The notes under the pieces are model-generated. The model did no database searches and had not been told where the DNA came from. It worked only from the letters and a program-made list of their open reading frames with translations. 64,000 nt of DNA, taken from NCBI GenBank assembly GCA_965279515.1, contig CBDIID010000003.1, forward strand, positions 1,984,001-2,048,000. Reading direction: 5' to 3'. Numbering within the stretch: position 1 is the first letter of the stretch; each line of letters starts with the position of its first letter. This document shows, piece by piece, positions 49,336 to 59,333 of this stretch. A program made the translations under genes and the position numbers. Origin of the DNA: Turneriella sp. (GTDB lineage: Bacteria > Spirochaetota > Leptospiria > Turneriellales > Turneriellaceae).

Positions 49336-50558
49336 TAGCCTGTTAACTCCCCGACCTGCTCAAGCAGGTCCTTGATTTCCGAAAGAAAGAGCGCTCCGTC
49401 GCGGCCGTCTGACACACGGTGATCGGCGGCCAGCGTCGCACGGATAACCTCACGCACTTCGACTTTGCCCGCCACGACCCAGGGTTTATGCATCAGCATA
49501 CCGAAGCCGATCATAGCCACCTGCGGCGGTGTGATGATGGGGAAAATTTCTTCGACGCCCAGGTCGCCGAGACTCGTGATAGTGATCGTCGGGTCCGCGA
49601 GCTCTGCGGCTTTCAGGCCGCCTGTGCGTGTGCGTTCACCGAGATCAGAGAGTGCCTTCATGAGCTCGCCGATACCCAGGGTATCGGTGTTGTGTATTGC
49701 CGGCGCAATGAGGCCACCTTCGCGCAGCGCAAACGCCATACCGATGTGGATCGCCTCGCTCGGAACGGCGGCGTTATTTACATAGAAGCCATTCAATTGG
49801 GGATAACGCTTCAATGCGAGCGCCACGGCCCTGATGAGAAGCGTTGCGGGTAAAATGCGGTCATCGAGCGAACGTTTTTCATTTTCGCTTCTGAGCCATT
49901 TCAGTGCGTCGCTGAGGTCGATATCGGTCGCGAGATAATAATGGGGGATCTCGCGCTTCGAACGGCTCATCGCCTTGGCGATCTGCCCCCGCATCGTAGT
50001 CCGCCCCAACGACGTCCGGTTGGCTGCGGCTTTTTCGATATCTGCAATCCCAAGCGGCGCATCCCCCGCTGTGAGATCACTCTCCGAGAGACCGAGCTCT
50101 TGCATGCGGCGGCGCGCTGCAGGGCTGATGCGAATGCGGCCCGCACCCCCACCCCACCCCGGCCTTCGGCCACCCCTCCCCATTACATGGAGAGGGGTTT
50201 TGTTCTCCCCCCTCACCGAAGACGGAGACCTACGCGATTGCGCAGCAATCGCTTCGGTCGCCACGTTCGTGGGGAGGGGGGCCGGGGGGGTGGGGTTAAT
50301 CGCCACATCAGTCTTAATACGCGCGAGCGGAGTGCCAACTTTGATCTTGCGGTCTTTGTCTGCAGGAAAAAGCAATTCTTCTACGGTACCATCGACCCAG
50401 ATTTCGGCATCGATCGCCGCTTTTACGGTTTCAAGCACGGCGACGACCTGGCCACGTTTGACTTTATCACCCGGTTTTATCTTCCATTCGATGAGCGCTG
50501 CTTCGTCCATGTCGGCACCGAGCGACGGCAGCACATAGGGAAAATCAGTCGTTTGCAT
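49335..50558 (-). CDS. pdhC: Dihydrolipoamide acyltransferase (E2)
   Basis: PSLGADM, ETVKA lipoyl site, [20 protein letters not shown]; start MQTT. Confidence 0.93.
   Translation of the reverse strand: MQTTDFPYVLPSLGADMDEAALIEWKIKPGDKVKRGQVVAVLETVKAAIDAEIWVDGTVEELLFPADKDRKIKVGTPLARIKTDVAINPTPPAPLPTNVATEAIAAQSRRSPSSVRGENKTPLHVMGRGGRRPGWGGGAGRIRISPAARRRMQELGLSESDLTAGDAPLGIADIEKAAANRTSLGRTTMRGQIAKAMSRSKREIPHYYLATDIDLSDALKWLRSENEKRSLDDRILPATLLIRAVALALKRYPQLNGFYVNNAAVPSEAIHIGMAFALREGGLIAPAIHNTDTLGIGELMKALSDLGERTRTGGLKAAELADPTITITSLGDLGVEEIFPIITPPQVAMIGFGMLMHKPWVVAGKVEVREVIRATLAADHRVSDGRDGALFLSEIKDLLEQVGELTG
50151..50296. repeat. Nested palindromic element in frame in the E2 linker
   Basis: Ends accccacccc/ggggtggggt; sub-hairpins ggcc-ttc-ggcc, cccctc..cca/tgg..agagggg and gcgattgc-gca-gcaatcgc. 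Confidence 0.8.
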
Positions 50559-51531
50559 AGATGACCCCCTCAACAGCCGCGACGATTTTTTCGACCGTCG
50601 GCAAAGCCGCCTCTTCCATATGTTTCGCATAAGGAATCGGTACTTCTTCGCTGCAAACGCGCGCCAGCGGCGCATCGAGATCATAAAATGAAGATTCCAT
50701 AATCGACATACCGATTTCGGCCGCAAGACTGCCGCTGCGCCAGCCCTCGTCGACGATCACGGCGCGGCGCGTCTTTTGCACGCTTGCCGCGATCGCCGCG
50801 CGGTCGAGCGGGCGCAATGAGCGTAAATCGAGAACCTCGGCTGAAATGCCGGCTGCTGCGAGCTTCTCGGCCGCCGCCAGTGTACGCGGCACCATACCCC
50901 CATAAGTGATGAGCGAGATGTCTTCACCGCTACGGCGTATCTCTGCGCGATCTAAATCCACCGCTTCAAATTCGCTGCTCACTTCAGAAGCTTCACCAAA
51001 GAGCAGCGCGTGTTCAAAGATGAGCACGGGGTCAGGGTCTTTGAGCGCCGTCCATAACATACCACGGGCATCGCGCGCATTCGATGGCGCCACAATGCGG
51101 ATACCGGGAATGTGCGCGTACCAGCCCTCGAAGCTGTGCGAGTGTTGCGCTGCGAGTTGCCGGCCGGCGCCTGTCGTCATGCGGATGACCAGCGGTACGC
51201 TGTATTGCCCGCCCGACATGTGCCTGAGCGACGCCGCTGTGTTGATGATCTGGTCAAGCGCGAGGAGTGAAAAGTTGACGGTCATAATTTCGACGATCGG
51301 CAGCATACCGCCGAGCGCCGCGCCGATGCCCGCACCCGTAAAACCCGATTCAGAAAGCGGTGCATCGCGGATGCGATCTTCGCCGAACTCTTCGAAAAAA
51401 CCTTTGGTATGTCCGTAGGGGCCGCCGTACTTGCCGATGTCTTCGCCCATCATGAACACGCGCGGCTCGTTCTTAAACGCATAACGCAAGCCCTCGGTGA
51501 TACCTTCGCGGTATGTGATGTTTTTTTTCAT
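50545..51531 (-). CDS. pdhB: Pyruvate dehydrogenase E1 beta subunit
   Basis: [34 protein letters not shown]. Confidence 0.95.
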   Translation of the reverse strand: MKKNITYREGITEGLRYAFKNEPRVFMMGEDIGKYGGPYGHTKGFFEEFGEDRIRDAPLSESGFTGAGIGAALGGMLPIVEIMTVNFSLLALDQIINTAASLRHMSGGQYSVPLVIRMTTGAGRQLAAQHSHSFEGWYAHIPGIRIVAPSNARDARGMLWTALKDPDPVLIFEHALLFGEASEVSSEFEAVDLDRAEIRRSGEDISLITYGGMVPRTLAAAEKLAAAGISAEVLDLRSLRPLDRAAIAASVQKTRRAVIVDEGWRSGSLAAEIGMSIMESSFYDLDAPLARVCSEEVPIPYAKHMEEAALPTVEKIVAAVEGVIYAND

Positions 51532-52577
51532 TCCCCACCCCCGGCCCCTCCCCGTAAACGGGGAGGGGAGCTTAAAACTCCTCCCCCGTTTACGGGGGAG
51601 GTTGGGAGGGGGACAGGAGTCGTCACATCCTTAAGAAGGTCACTGACTTCCTCAACAGGACTTTCCTCGGCAAATTTCACCGCATCTTCAATTTCGGCGC
51701 GCACCGATGCCTCGACCTGCGGCCTGATTTTTTCCGGATCGATGCCTGCTTCGCGCATGTGTTTCTCCAGAATTAAGATAGGGTCGGCTTTCTGGTGCTC
51801 GGCGACCTCGGCTTTGTCACGGTAGAGATCGGGATCGTACATCGAATGCGCCCTGAAGCGATAGGTACGAAACTCGATAAACTGGGGATTGCCGGATTCA
51901 CGCACCTCGTTGATTGTCGCCAAAGATTCCCGCGTCGTCGCCGCAAGGTCCATGCCGTCGACACTGCGTACCTTCATATTGTAACTCGCGGCCTTGACCG
52001 TCAGTTCTTGCTGCGATTCAGAACGCGACAGGGCCGTGCCCATGGCATAATAATTGTTCTCGCAGGCAAAGAGCACGGGGAGCTTCCAGAGTTTTGCCAG
52101 ATTCATCGCTTCGTGGAACTCGCCTTCGGCCATCGCACCTTCGCCGAAAAAGACCACCGTCACGTTTTTGCGTTTCTGCATTTTGTCTGCAAGCGCCAAA
52201 CCCACCGCGAGAGGCAATCCGCCCGCCACGATCGCATTGCCGCCATAGAAGCGCAGACTCTTATCGAAGATATGCATCGAACCGCCACGCCCTTTGCAGC
52301 AGCCCGTCACCTTGCCGAACATTTCGGCCATGATGGCGCGCGCCGAAACCCCGCGCAGCAGCGCATGCGCATGCTCGCGGTAGGTGGCGACGATGGCGTC
52401 GTCGCTTTTGAGATAGGGAATCAGCCCCGTCGCCACAGCCTCTTCACCGATATAGAGATGCAGAAATCCGCGGATCTTCGTTGCATTATAGAGCTCCGCG
52501 CATTTCTCTTCGAAGCGGCGGATGAGCAACATGCGCCGCAGCCACAGGGTTGCTTCCTCCTGGGTAACTTTTATCAT
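51528..52577 (-). CDS. pdhA: Pyruvate dehydrogenase E1 alpha subunit
   Basis: [25 protein letters not shown]...ENN TPP motif, [10 protein letters not shown]. Confidence 0.95.
   Translation of the reverse strand: MIKVTQEEATLWLRRMLLIRRFEEKCAELYNATKIRGFLHLYIGEEAVATGLIPYLKSDDAIVATYREHAHALLRGVSARAIMAEMFGKVTGCCKGRGGSMHIFDKSLRFYGGNAIVAGGLPLAVGLALADKMQKRKNVTVVFFGEGAMAEGEFHEAMNLAKLWKLPVLFACENNYYAMGTALSRSESQQELTVKAASYNMKVRSVDGMDLAATTRESLATINEVRESGNPQFIEFRTYRFRAHSMYDPDLYRDKAEVAEHQKADPILILEKHMREAGIDPEKIRPQVEASVRAEIEDAVKFAEESPVEEVSDLLKDVTTPVPLPTSPVNGGGVLSSPPRLRGGAGGGE
51533..51612. repeat. Double-hairpin palindromic element forming the pdhA C-terminus
   Basis: cccctccccgt-aa-acggggagggg and ctcccccgt..acgggggag; encodes [26 protein letters not shown]. 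Confidence 0.85.
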
Positions 52578-54334
52578 ACTTCGCCCCTCCCCCTTGCCCC
52601 CTCCAGCGTCGACAGGTCGCCCTCGGGCAACCCCAACTCGCGCGCCTTGAGTAGCCTGCGCATAATTTTGCCGCTGCGCGTGCGCGGCAGATTTTCCATA
52701 AACTTAATTTCGCGCGGCGCGACAGCGGCGCCGAGGCGCGCCCGCGCATGCCCGCGGATTTCATCGCCGAGATCTTCGCTTGCTGTAAAACCTTTGCGCA
52801 ATGAGATGAAAGCTTTCACCAATTCGCCCGCGACGTCGTCGGGCACGCCGATGACTCCCGCTTCGGCGACTGCCTGGTGTTCCATGAGTACGCTTTCGAC
52901 CTCAAAGGGGCCAATGAGGTGACCCGATGACTTGATGACGTCGTCGGCGCGGCCGATGAACCACAGATAACCATCCGCATCGCGTTTGGCGAGATCGCCG
53001 GCCAGATAATAACCGTCGGCAAAACACTTTTTATAACGCTCTTCTTCATGGATATAGGTATCGAACATCGACGGCCAGGGCGTCTTGATCGCAATCTCAC
53101 CTTCTTCGTTCGCCTCCCTAATAATTTTGAGACCGCTCTCGGTGCGTTTTACGAGTTCAATATCGATGCCAGGTACCGCCTTGCCCATAGAACCCGGGCG
53201 GATGTCCAGCGTCGGAAAATTGGCGATCATAATGGCACCTGTCTCGGTCTGCCACCAGGTATCGTGCGCCGGCAGGCCGATATTTTTTTCCGTCCAGATC
53301 ACGGCTTCGGCGTTGAGGGGTTCGCCGACACTGAGCAGGTGGCGCAGCGCTTTGAAATCAAAACCCTTGAGCTCGTCGGGGCCTGCCTTCATCATCATGC
53401 GGATGGCCGTCGGCGCGGTGTACCACACCGCGACCTTTTCGTTCTGCACAATAGTATACCAGCGGTTCAGATCGAACTCGTCTTCGTCGACGATCAGTGT
53501 CACACCGCAGGAGAGCGGCCCCAGCATACCGTACGACACGCCCGTGACCCAACCGGGGTCCGCAGTGCACCAGAAGATTTCACCGTCATGCAGGTCGAGC
53601 ACCGAGCGTGCGGTGGCGTAGTGCGCGACAATCGCTCCATGCATATGCTGGGCACCCTTGGGTTTACCCGTGGTACCGCTGGTAAAATGCAGCAGCGCCG
53701 GCGTCTGCGCCACAGTGATTTCGGTTGTATAGGTATCCGCCTGCGCTGCGATAAGTTCGTCGAAGTCAAGGGTACCGGGTATATCCGCCTTTACATTATT
53801 CTCACGCAGCAAAATAACATGCCTGAGGTCGGGCAATTTGTCGCGGATACCAGCGACCTTGCTTTCATAGAGATCGGCGGTGGTGACGAGTACCTTCGCC
53901 TTGCCGATGGTCATGCGCGTCGCAATCGGGTCGGGACCAAAGGCCGAGAATAAAGAAGAGAGTACGACGCCGTGACGAAGACTGCCCAACGCGGCAATAT
54001 AGAGACCAGGCAGGCGGCCAGAGAGCGCAAAAACGCTTTCTCCACGTTTGACCCCTAAATGCTCAAGCGCGTTGGCAAAGCGGTTGGTCTGTTTCTGTAA
54101 ATCAGCGTAACTGATGTCGATGCGTGTGTCGTCGACTCCCAGCCAGCGGATCGCCGTAACGTGCCCCTGACCGGCCGTAACATGGCGATCGATCGCGATG
54201 CGTGCCATGTTGAAATCATTTTGTTTTCCCGCGAGCTCGGTCGCAGTGTTTTCCCAGTTAAACGCGGCGCGGTAAGGCGCGTAATCCGCGACGTTAGGTT
54301 TCGTCGTCGCCTCGTCGGCATTTGAGTGCTGCAT
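52574..54334 (-). CDS. acsA: Acetate--CoA ligase
   Basis: [41 protein letters not shown]; start MQHS after a GGAG RBS. Confidence 0.93.
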   Translation of the reverse strand: MQHSNADEATTKPNVADYAPYRAAFNWENTATELAGKQNDFNMARIAIDRHVTAGQGHVTAIRWLGVDDTRIDISYADLQKQTNRFANALEHLGVKRGESVFALSGRLPGLYIAALGSLRHGVVLSSLFSAFGPDPIATRMTIGKAKVLVTTADLYESKVAGIRDKLPDLRHVILLRENNVKADIPGTLDFDELIAAQADTYTTEITVAQTPALLHFTSGTTGKPKGAQHMHGAIVAHYATARSVLDLHDGEIFWCTADPGWVTGVSYGMLGPLSCGVTLIVDEDEFDLNRWYTIVQNEKVAVWYTAPTAIRMMMKAGPDELKGFDFKALRHLLSVGEPLNAEAVIWTEKNIGLPAHDTWWQTETGAIMIANFPTLDIRPGSMGKAVPGIDIELVKRTESGLKIIREANEEGEIAIKTPWPSMFDTYIHEEERYKKCFADGYYLAGDLAKRDADGYLWFIGRADDVIKSSGHLIGPFEVESVLMEHQAVAEAGVIGVPDDVAGELVKAFISLRKGFTASEDLGDEIRGHARARLGAAVAPREIKFMENLPRTRSGKIMRRLLKARELGLPEGDLSTLEGARGRGEV

Positions 54335-54492
54335 AGGTCTCCCCTTTTCGCAGTAGTGATCCGGGTACAAAATACGGGTGCCGATCCAGCCGACAAGCAG
54401 ATTAATGGATTCTTTTATCTACAATATCGTGCGAGATGAAGCGAAGGTGGCGGCACTGCTAGTCTATTGTAATTGATGGATCGCCAATACTA

Positions 54493-54579
54493 ACCGCAAA
54501 GTACGCAGAGTTACGCAAAGAAGAGGCGCCTAGCTTCATTGCTCGTCTTAACTCTGCGCAACTTTGCGTCCTTTGCGGT
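54493..54579. repeat. Intergenic inverted repeat built from 9-10 nt CGCA(A/G)AG units
   Basis: accgcaaag-tacgcagag-ttacgcaaag ... ctctgcgcaa-ctttgcgtc-ctttgcggt. Confidence 0.75.
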
Positions 54580-54608
54580 GCATGAGGAATTTTCTTAAAT
54601 ACAGGAGA

Positions 54609-55313
54609 CTAGGCCTTTTCGGCGAGATAGAGGTGCCCCACGTAACCGGGAATTTCAGGTAGCATTGCGAGGCCACCCCTGACACTCCCACTGCTACGGA
54701 TTTCCATAGCCCGAGCTAAGTCAGATTTCACAAATCCGGTCCCCTGCGCTTTGAAATAAGCCTCATGTGCAGTAAAATAACGCAAAAATGCCGCGCTCTG
54801 CTCGCTCTCTGGCAGGCTATGGATTTCCATAGCTATGCTATTAGCTAATAAACCCTGGGCTAAACCGCGCCAATCCGGTATCGGGCGAATCTTTTCAAGA
54901 TCGATGCCCAGAGAATGCGAGGTGCTGAAAGCAATCACAACAAAATCCCCTGAATGAGACAGATTAAATTGTATCGATGGAAAATCCACCGCATAGGATT
55001 TGCCGCCATCACGAATGCCGATGCAGATGGCCTGTGGATTTTTCATACCGGTATAACCAGCCAGGAGTCCCCTCAGCCAACCGCGCGAAAGCGCGAACTC
55101 GGCGATTTTGTTCCGCGGATACATGTTTTCCGCACGTGCATTCTCTTCGCTGCTTAACAAAGACCGCAGCCATGCATCTTCAGCCAGCGGGCATAACCAG
55201 GCATGCGCGCCGGATTCAGGAAGCGGCGGCTGACTCATCGTTTCATGAAACTCCCCACCTTCGGGATACGACCAGAGACGCGGCCGAAGCGGGGTATTGA
55301 GCGCCAGGGACAT
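54609..55313 (-). CDS. Sfp-type 4'-phosphopantetheinyl transferase
   Basis: FNLSHSG, LGIDLE, FTAHEAYFKAQGTG; true start may be 55238. Confidence 0.88.
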   Translation of the reverse strand: MSLALNTPLRPRLWSYPEGGEFHETMSQPPLPESGAHAWLCPLAEDAWLRSLLSSEENARAENMYPRNKIAEFALSRGWLRGLLAGYTGMKNPQAICIGIRDGGKSYAVDFPSIQFNLSHSGDFVVIAFSTSHSLGIDLEKIRPIPDWRGLAQGLLANSIAMEIHSLPESEQSAAFLRYFTAHEAYFKAQGTGFVKSDLARAMEIRSSGSVRGGLAMLPEIPGYVGHLYLAEKA

Positions 55314-55316
55314 TGG

Positions 55317-55772
55317 CTAATGCCCAATAACTTTGCGAATCTGTTTATTTTCCGTGAACTGTGTGAGTGTTTCCTGAATTTTCAGATCGAGCAATTCCCG
55401 GTTCCGCGCCAGATCGGCGGCGATGAGATTGGGAAATTCCGCGTCTGCTTCACGGTAAATCAGGTCAAGCCGCGCCCGCATCACGTCCAGATCGCGCCGT
55501 TCGCCGAGCACGTTCTGCAGGCTCACCGCAAGCTCGTAGATCTCCTCAAAGCGCGCAGGCTTGATGATACCGGCATAAAGTTCAAGGACATAACGAAACC
55601 GCCGCAGCGCAATACGCAGATCATGCAGATTCTCTTCCGTGGGTTCGCGGCGGTATTGATCAGAGCGATCATAGACCCGGTCGAAATGGTGCGAAAGCAC
55701 CGGCTGGGTTGAGTCGGCGAAGGATTGTTTCGGCTTCAATCCCCTAAAATGAAATTTTTTTCGATACGACAC
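55317..55772 (-). CDS. Stand-alone CHAD domain protein
   Basis: LHDLRIALRRFRY..E, LQNVLG..RDLDV. Confidence 0.85.
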   Translation of the reverse strand: MSYRKKFHFRGLKPKQSFADSTQPVLSHHFDRVYDRSDQYRREPTEENLHDLRIALRRFRYVLELYAGIIKPARFEEIYELAVSLQNVLGERRDLDVMRARLDLIYREADAEFPNLIAADLARNRELLDLKIQETLTQFTENKQIRKVIGH

Positions 55773-55807
55773 GTTCGGCCCAAATCAGAAAACTGCGGAA
55801 ACGATAC

Positions 55808-57433
55808 TTATACTTGCTTACGCAGTACCTTTTTGTCGAACTTGCCGACGCTGGTTTTCGGTATCGTATCGATGATGCGTATATCCGCCATTTTCGGAAC
55901 CTGCCAGTGTGCAAATTTTTCACCCAGAAAGGCGTGGAGCGCCTTAAGATCAAACTCTGCCTTTTTCTCGGCGACGGGCGTCACAAATAATACCGCCGCC
56001 TCGCCGCGTACATCGTCGGGTCTGCCTACGACCGCGGCCTCGGCGACGCCGGGGAATGCCATTGCGGCATTTTCCATTTCAACACTCGAGAGCCATTCGC
56101 CACGTGTCTTGATGAGGTCTTTTTTACGATCAGTGATTTCCATGAATCCATGTTCGTCGACGCGGGCAACATCGCCCGTACCAAACCAGCCGTCGGCAGT
56201 AAACGCGGCATTCGCGTCTTTGTTTTCCGGTTTGTAGTACGAGGCGGCAATCCATGGGCCCTTGACCTGGAGCTCTCCCGAATTCTTACCATCCCATGCG
56301 AGTTCTTTGCCGGTATCGTCGACGATGCGCGCCTCGACCAGCGGCACAAACGCACCCTGCTTCGTCCGCTGTTTCAGCTGGTCTGCAGCAGGCCACTTCT
56401 GCATCGCCAGTTTCAGGTTCGCAACAGTCCCCAGCGGCGAAGTTTCTGTCATACCCCAGGCATGCAGAATCTGTACACCATGTTCTTTCTGGTACGCCTC
56501 GATCAGCGCCGGCGGCGCGGCCGACCCGCCGACGACCATGGCGCGTAACGACGAGATATCCGCCTTGTCTTTGCGCAGGTGCTGCAGCAGAACATTCCAG
56601 ATGGTTGGCACGCCGGCCGCGAGTGTGACCTTTTCCTGTTCGATGAGCTCGGCGATGGGTTTACCGATCAGCTGGTTACCGGGATAAATCATCTTCGCGC
56701 CCACCATGCAGGCCGCGAAGGGAATTCCCCAGCTCATGACGTGGAACATCGGTACGACGGGTAAAATGACATCGCGGCCCGACACCGCCAGCGAATCGAT
56801 CATCGAGATGCCCATCGCATGCAGAAAAATCGAACGGTGCGAATAGAGCACGCCCTTCGGCTCACCCGTCGTGCCGGATGTATAACACATGCCCGCCGCG
56901 GTATTCTCATCGAACTGCGGAAAATCTTCGACGGCGCTTTCGGCCGCAATAAGTGATTCGTAATCGGTCATACCTTTGAGCTTGAGGTTCTGATCTGGCG
57001 CGAGATCGTCCATCACGACAAATTGTTTTACGGTTTTAAACTGCGGCTCGAGGTCGGCGAGAGGCTTCATCAGCGATTTGTCACAGAAAATGAGGCCATC
57101 CTCAGCGTGATTGACGATGTAGACAAGCTGCTCGGGGAAAAGGCGGATATTGAGCGTGTGCAATACAGCGCCCAGTGCGGGCACGGCGAAGTAAAGTTCC
57201 ATATGGCGGTACGAATTCCATGCGAAGGTCGCGACACGATCGCCGGGCTTCACGCCGAGCTTTCTCAGCGCCTGCATCAGTTTAAGCGTACGCGTATAAA
57301 ATTCACCATAGGTATAGCGGTGAATATTACCGTCGGCAAGGCGCGAGACAATTTCCTGTTCGGGAAAGTTTCGTTTCGCCCGCGCGAGAATGCGATCGAT
57401 TGTCAGGGGGTAGTTCATCATCAGGCCGTTCAT
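55808..57433 (-). CDS. Medium/long-chain fatty acid--CoA ligase (AlkK/DmdB-like)
   Basis: YTSGTTGEPKG, PMFHV..WG, AWGMTETSP, PKTSVGKFDK; start MNGLMM. Confidence 0.93.
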   Translation of the reverse strand: MNGLMMNYPLTIDRILARAKRNFPEQEIVSRLADGNIHRYTYGEFYTRTLKLMQALRKLGVKPGDRVATFAWNSYRHMELYFAVPALGAVLHTLNIRLFPEQLVYIVNHAEDGLIFCDKSLMKPLADLEPQFKTVKQFVVMDDLAPDQNLKLKGMTDYESLIAAESAVEDFPQFDENTAAGMCYTSGTTGEPKGVLYSHRSIFLHAMGISMIDSLAVSGRDVILPVVPMFHVMSWGIPFAACMVGAKMIYPGNQLIGKPIAELIEQEKVTLAAGVPTIWNVLLQHLRKDKADISSLRAMVVGGSAAPPALIEAYQKEHGVQILHAWGMTETSPLGTVANLKLAMQKWPAADQLKQRTKQGAFVPLVEARIVDDTGKELAWDGKNSGELQVKGPWIAASYYKPENKDANAAFTADGWFGTGDVARVDEHGFMEITDRKKDLIKTRGEWLSSVEMENAAMAFPGVAEAAVVGRPDDVRGEAAVLFVTPVAEKKAEFDLKALHAFLGEKFAHWQVPKMADIRIIDTIPKTSVGKFDKKVLRKQV

Positions 57434-57552
57434 AAGAGAGCTATACACCGCCACGGACACCGGCGTCAAGTTTTCACTGAGTCTCAACGCTGGCTTTTAG
57501 GCATAGGGAAACGCTGTTTACAGTCTTCGCCGAATAGGCACGATAGCGTTCG

Positions 57553-58704
57553 ATGAAGTCTGCTTCCAAATTGGTGTCCCTCTGGAACAGGCAGGCAGAA
57601 TGGAGCCAGCGGTTGGCGATGATCGATGCCGCGCGATCCTTCCTTTACCTGACGACTTTTTATGTCGAATACGACGAGTACGGCCTTGAAATGCTCAACG
57701 CCCTATTGGCAGCGCAGAACCGCGGTGTAGCGGTGACGCTGCTGATCGATACCTTCGGGCAGCGTATGGGTGGGGTTCTGATGACGGATGCCCAGCGGGA
57801 TGCACTCCATCGTGAATTCAATATCCTGCGCGCGGCGGGTGCATCTGTTATTATGTATGAGCCGCCGCGTCTGTCGCAACGGCTTTTGGGTGGCGGGCAC
57901 CATGTGAAGATTCAACTGTCTGAAGCGGGCGAAGCAATCTTCGGCAGCGGCAATATCACAAAATCTTCTTTCGAAGGGTGGAACGAGTACTCGGTTGCGC
58001 TACGCGGCCCGATAGCCTGCGCGCTACTCGAAACCGTTGAAGCTTTGGGAGTGAGGGTTGATCCCGAACACACACGACAGCTCGGCGATACTGCATTCGG
58101 TGAAAAAGCAGACATTAAATTCGACTATTGGTTCTGCAACCCGAATACGCACCAGGGATGGCTAGGTCCGTTGGCCTGGCGCTCCCGAAATACAATCACC
58201 GATCATATCATCGTTATGCTCGATTCAGCAAAAAAAAGCATCCGCATTACGAGTTTCTACTTTAAGCCTACGGAAACTCTGATGCAAGCGGTTTTACGCG
58301 CGGCCCGCCGCGGTGTCAATGTCGAAGTATTTCACTCGCACCGCTCGGCGTTACCCAGCACAGATCTCGCGTGGATCGCCGCTGCGACAAACTATTCCCG
58401 ACTTCTCAGAGCCGGCGTTGTGATTTATGAAAACCTCCATGGCGAGCATTCGAAGCTGGTTGTCGTCGACGACGAATGGGCAGCCTTTGGCAGTTATAAT
58501 TTTGAAGATGCGGCGCATGACCGGTTGGCTGAGGCCATGCTTGCCAGCCACGATCCTCACGTCGTTCAACCCCTGTTAGAAATATTCGCTCTGCTGCGTG
58601 ATGATCCGGAAAACTGCCGTGTCACACCAAAAACTATCCACCATCTGCCGATCTCAGAACGAATACGCATTCTTCGCTATGGCCGCTTCAAATGGTGGAT
58701 GTGA
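57553..58704 (+). CDS. Phospholipase D superfamily protein (cardiolipin synthase-like, no TM anchor)
   Basis: HVKIQLSE...GSGN and HSKLVVVD...GSYN motifs. Confidence 0.85.
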   Translation: MKSASKLVSLWNRQAEWSQRLAMIDAARSFLYLTTFYVEYDEYGLEMLNALLAAQNRGVAVTLLIDTFGQRMGGVLMTDAQRDALHREFNILRAAGASVIMYEPPRLSQRLLGGGHHVKIQLSEAGEAIFGSGNITKSSFEGWNEYSVALRGPIACALLETVEALGVRVDPEHTRQLGDTAFGEKADIKFDYWFCNPNTHQGWLGPLAWRSRNTITDHIIVMLDSAKKSIRITSFYFKPTETLMQAVLRAARRGVNVEVFHSHRSALPSTDLAWIAAATNYSRLLRAGVVIYENLHGEHSKLVVVDDEWAAFGSYNFEDAAHDRLAEAMLASHDPHVVQPLLEIFALLRDDPENCRVTPKTIHHLPISERIRILRYGRFKWWM

Positions 58705-58796
58705 TTCAGCCGCTTCAAAAGCGCAAAACCCGTCGGATATGACAGATCCCCGACATAAGTGATTGGCGCAATACGTACAAACTTGCTGTTCGACCT

Positions 58797-59276
58797 GTGT
58801 ACCAAAGACGGCCAAAAAAAACGGAGGGCCAACAACCCCTGCAACAGCGCGCCCTGGCGCTCGCGGCACGTAAATTGCGCAGCGCCCTGGAATTGCGAAA
58901 CAAACTCATCACAGAGGGTTATGCGGAAGACGAGATCGATGCCGCGATTACCCGGCTACGCGAAATACACCTCATCGACGACAACCTCGTGGCACACTCG
59001 ATCAGCCGCCAATATGCCGACCGCGGCAATCGATTCATTGCGCAGAAGATGAAATCTAAGGGCATCTCGAGCGACGAGCATGAATCTGCGATAGAAGAAT
59101 TACCGGAAGAATTCGAAAGGGCCCTCGCGGCAGGCGCCAAGAAACTGAAAAGCCTAAAAGGAATCGAGCCCCGCGCACAAGCGCAAAAGCTTTACCAGCA
59201 TCTGGCACTGCGGGGCTTTTCAGGCTCGCTGGTCGGCAAAGTGGTTCGGCAGCTGACGCGTCACGAAGAAGAATAG
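58797..59276 (+). CDS. recX: Regulatory protein RecX
   Basis: RAL.L.AR..RS..ELR.KL, LIDD, RGNRFI...KGI, L..RGF. Confidence 0.88.
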   Translation: MYQRRPKKTEGQQPLQQRALALAARKLRSALELRNKLITEGYAEDEIDAAITRLREIHLIDDNLVAHSISRQYADRGNRFIAQKMKSKGISSDEHESAIEELPEEFERALAAGAKKLKSLKGIEPRAQAQKLYQHLALRGFSGSLVGKVVRQLTRHEEE

Positions 59277-59333
59277 GCGCCGCAGCGGCTCCGAAAAGGG
59301 TTTTCACCAAGTAAATTTAGTTTCCCGTGGCTT

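Noticed and set aside
50559..50726. N-terminal extension of the E2 ORF, and similar extensions of htrA, the hybrid kinase and the 46965 ORF
   Set aside because: They overlap neighbouring genes and precede the recognisable domain or signal peptide starts.
54468..54490. FNR-like box upstream of acsA (ttgatggatcgccaa)
   Set aside because: Spacing and right half-site do not match TTGAT-N4-ATCAA.
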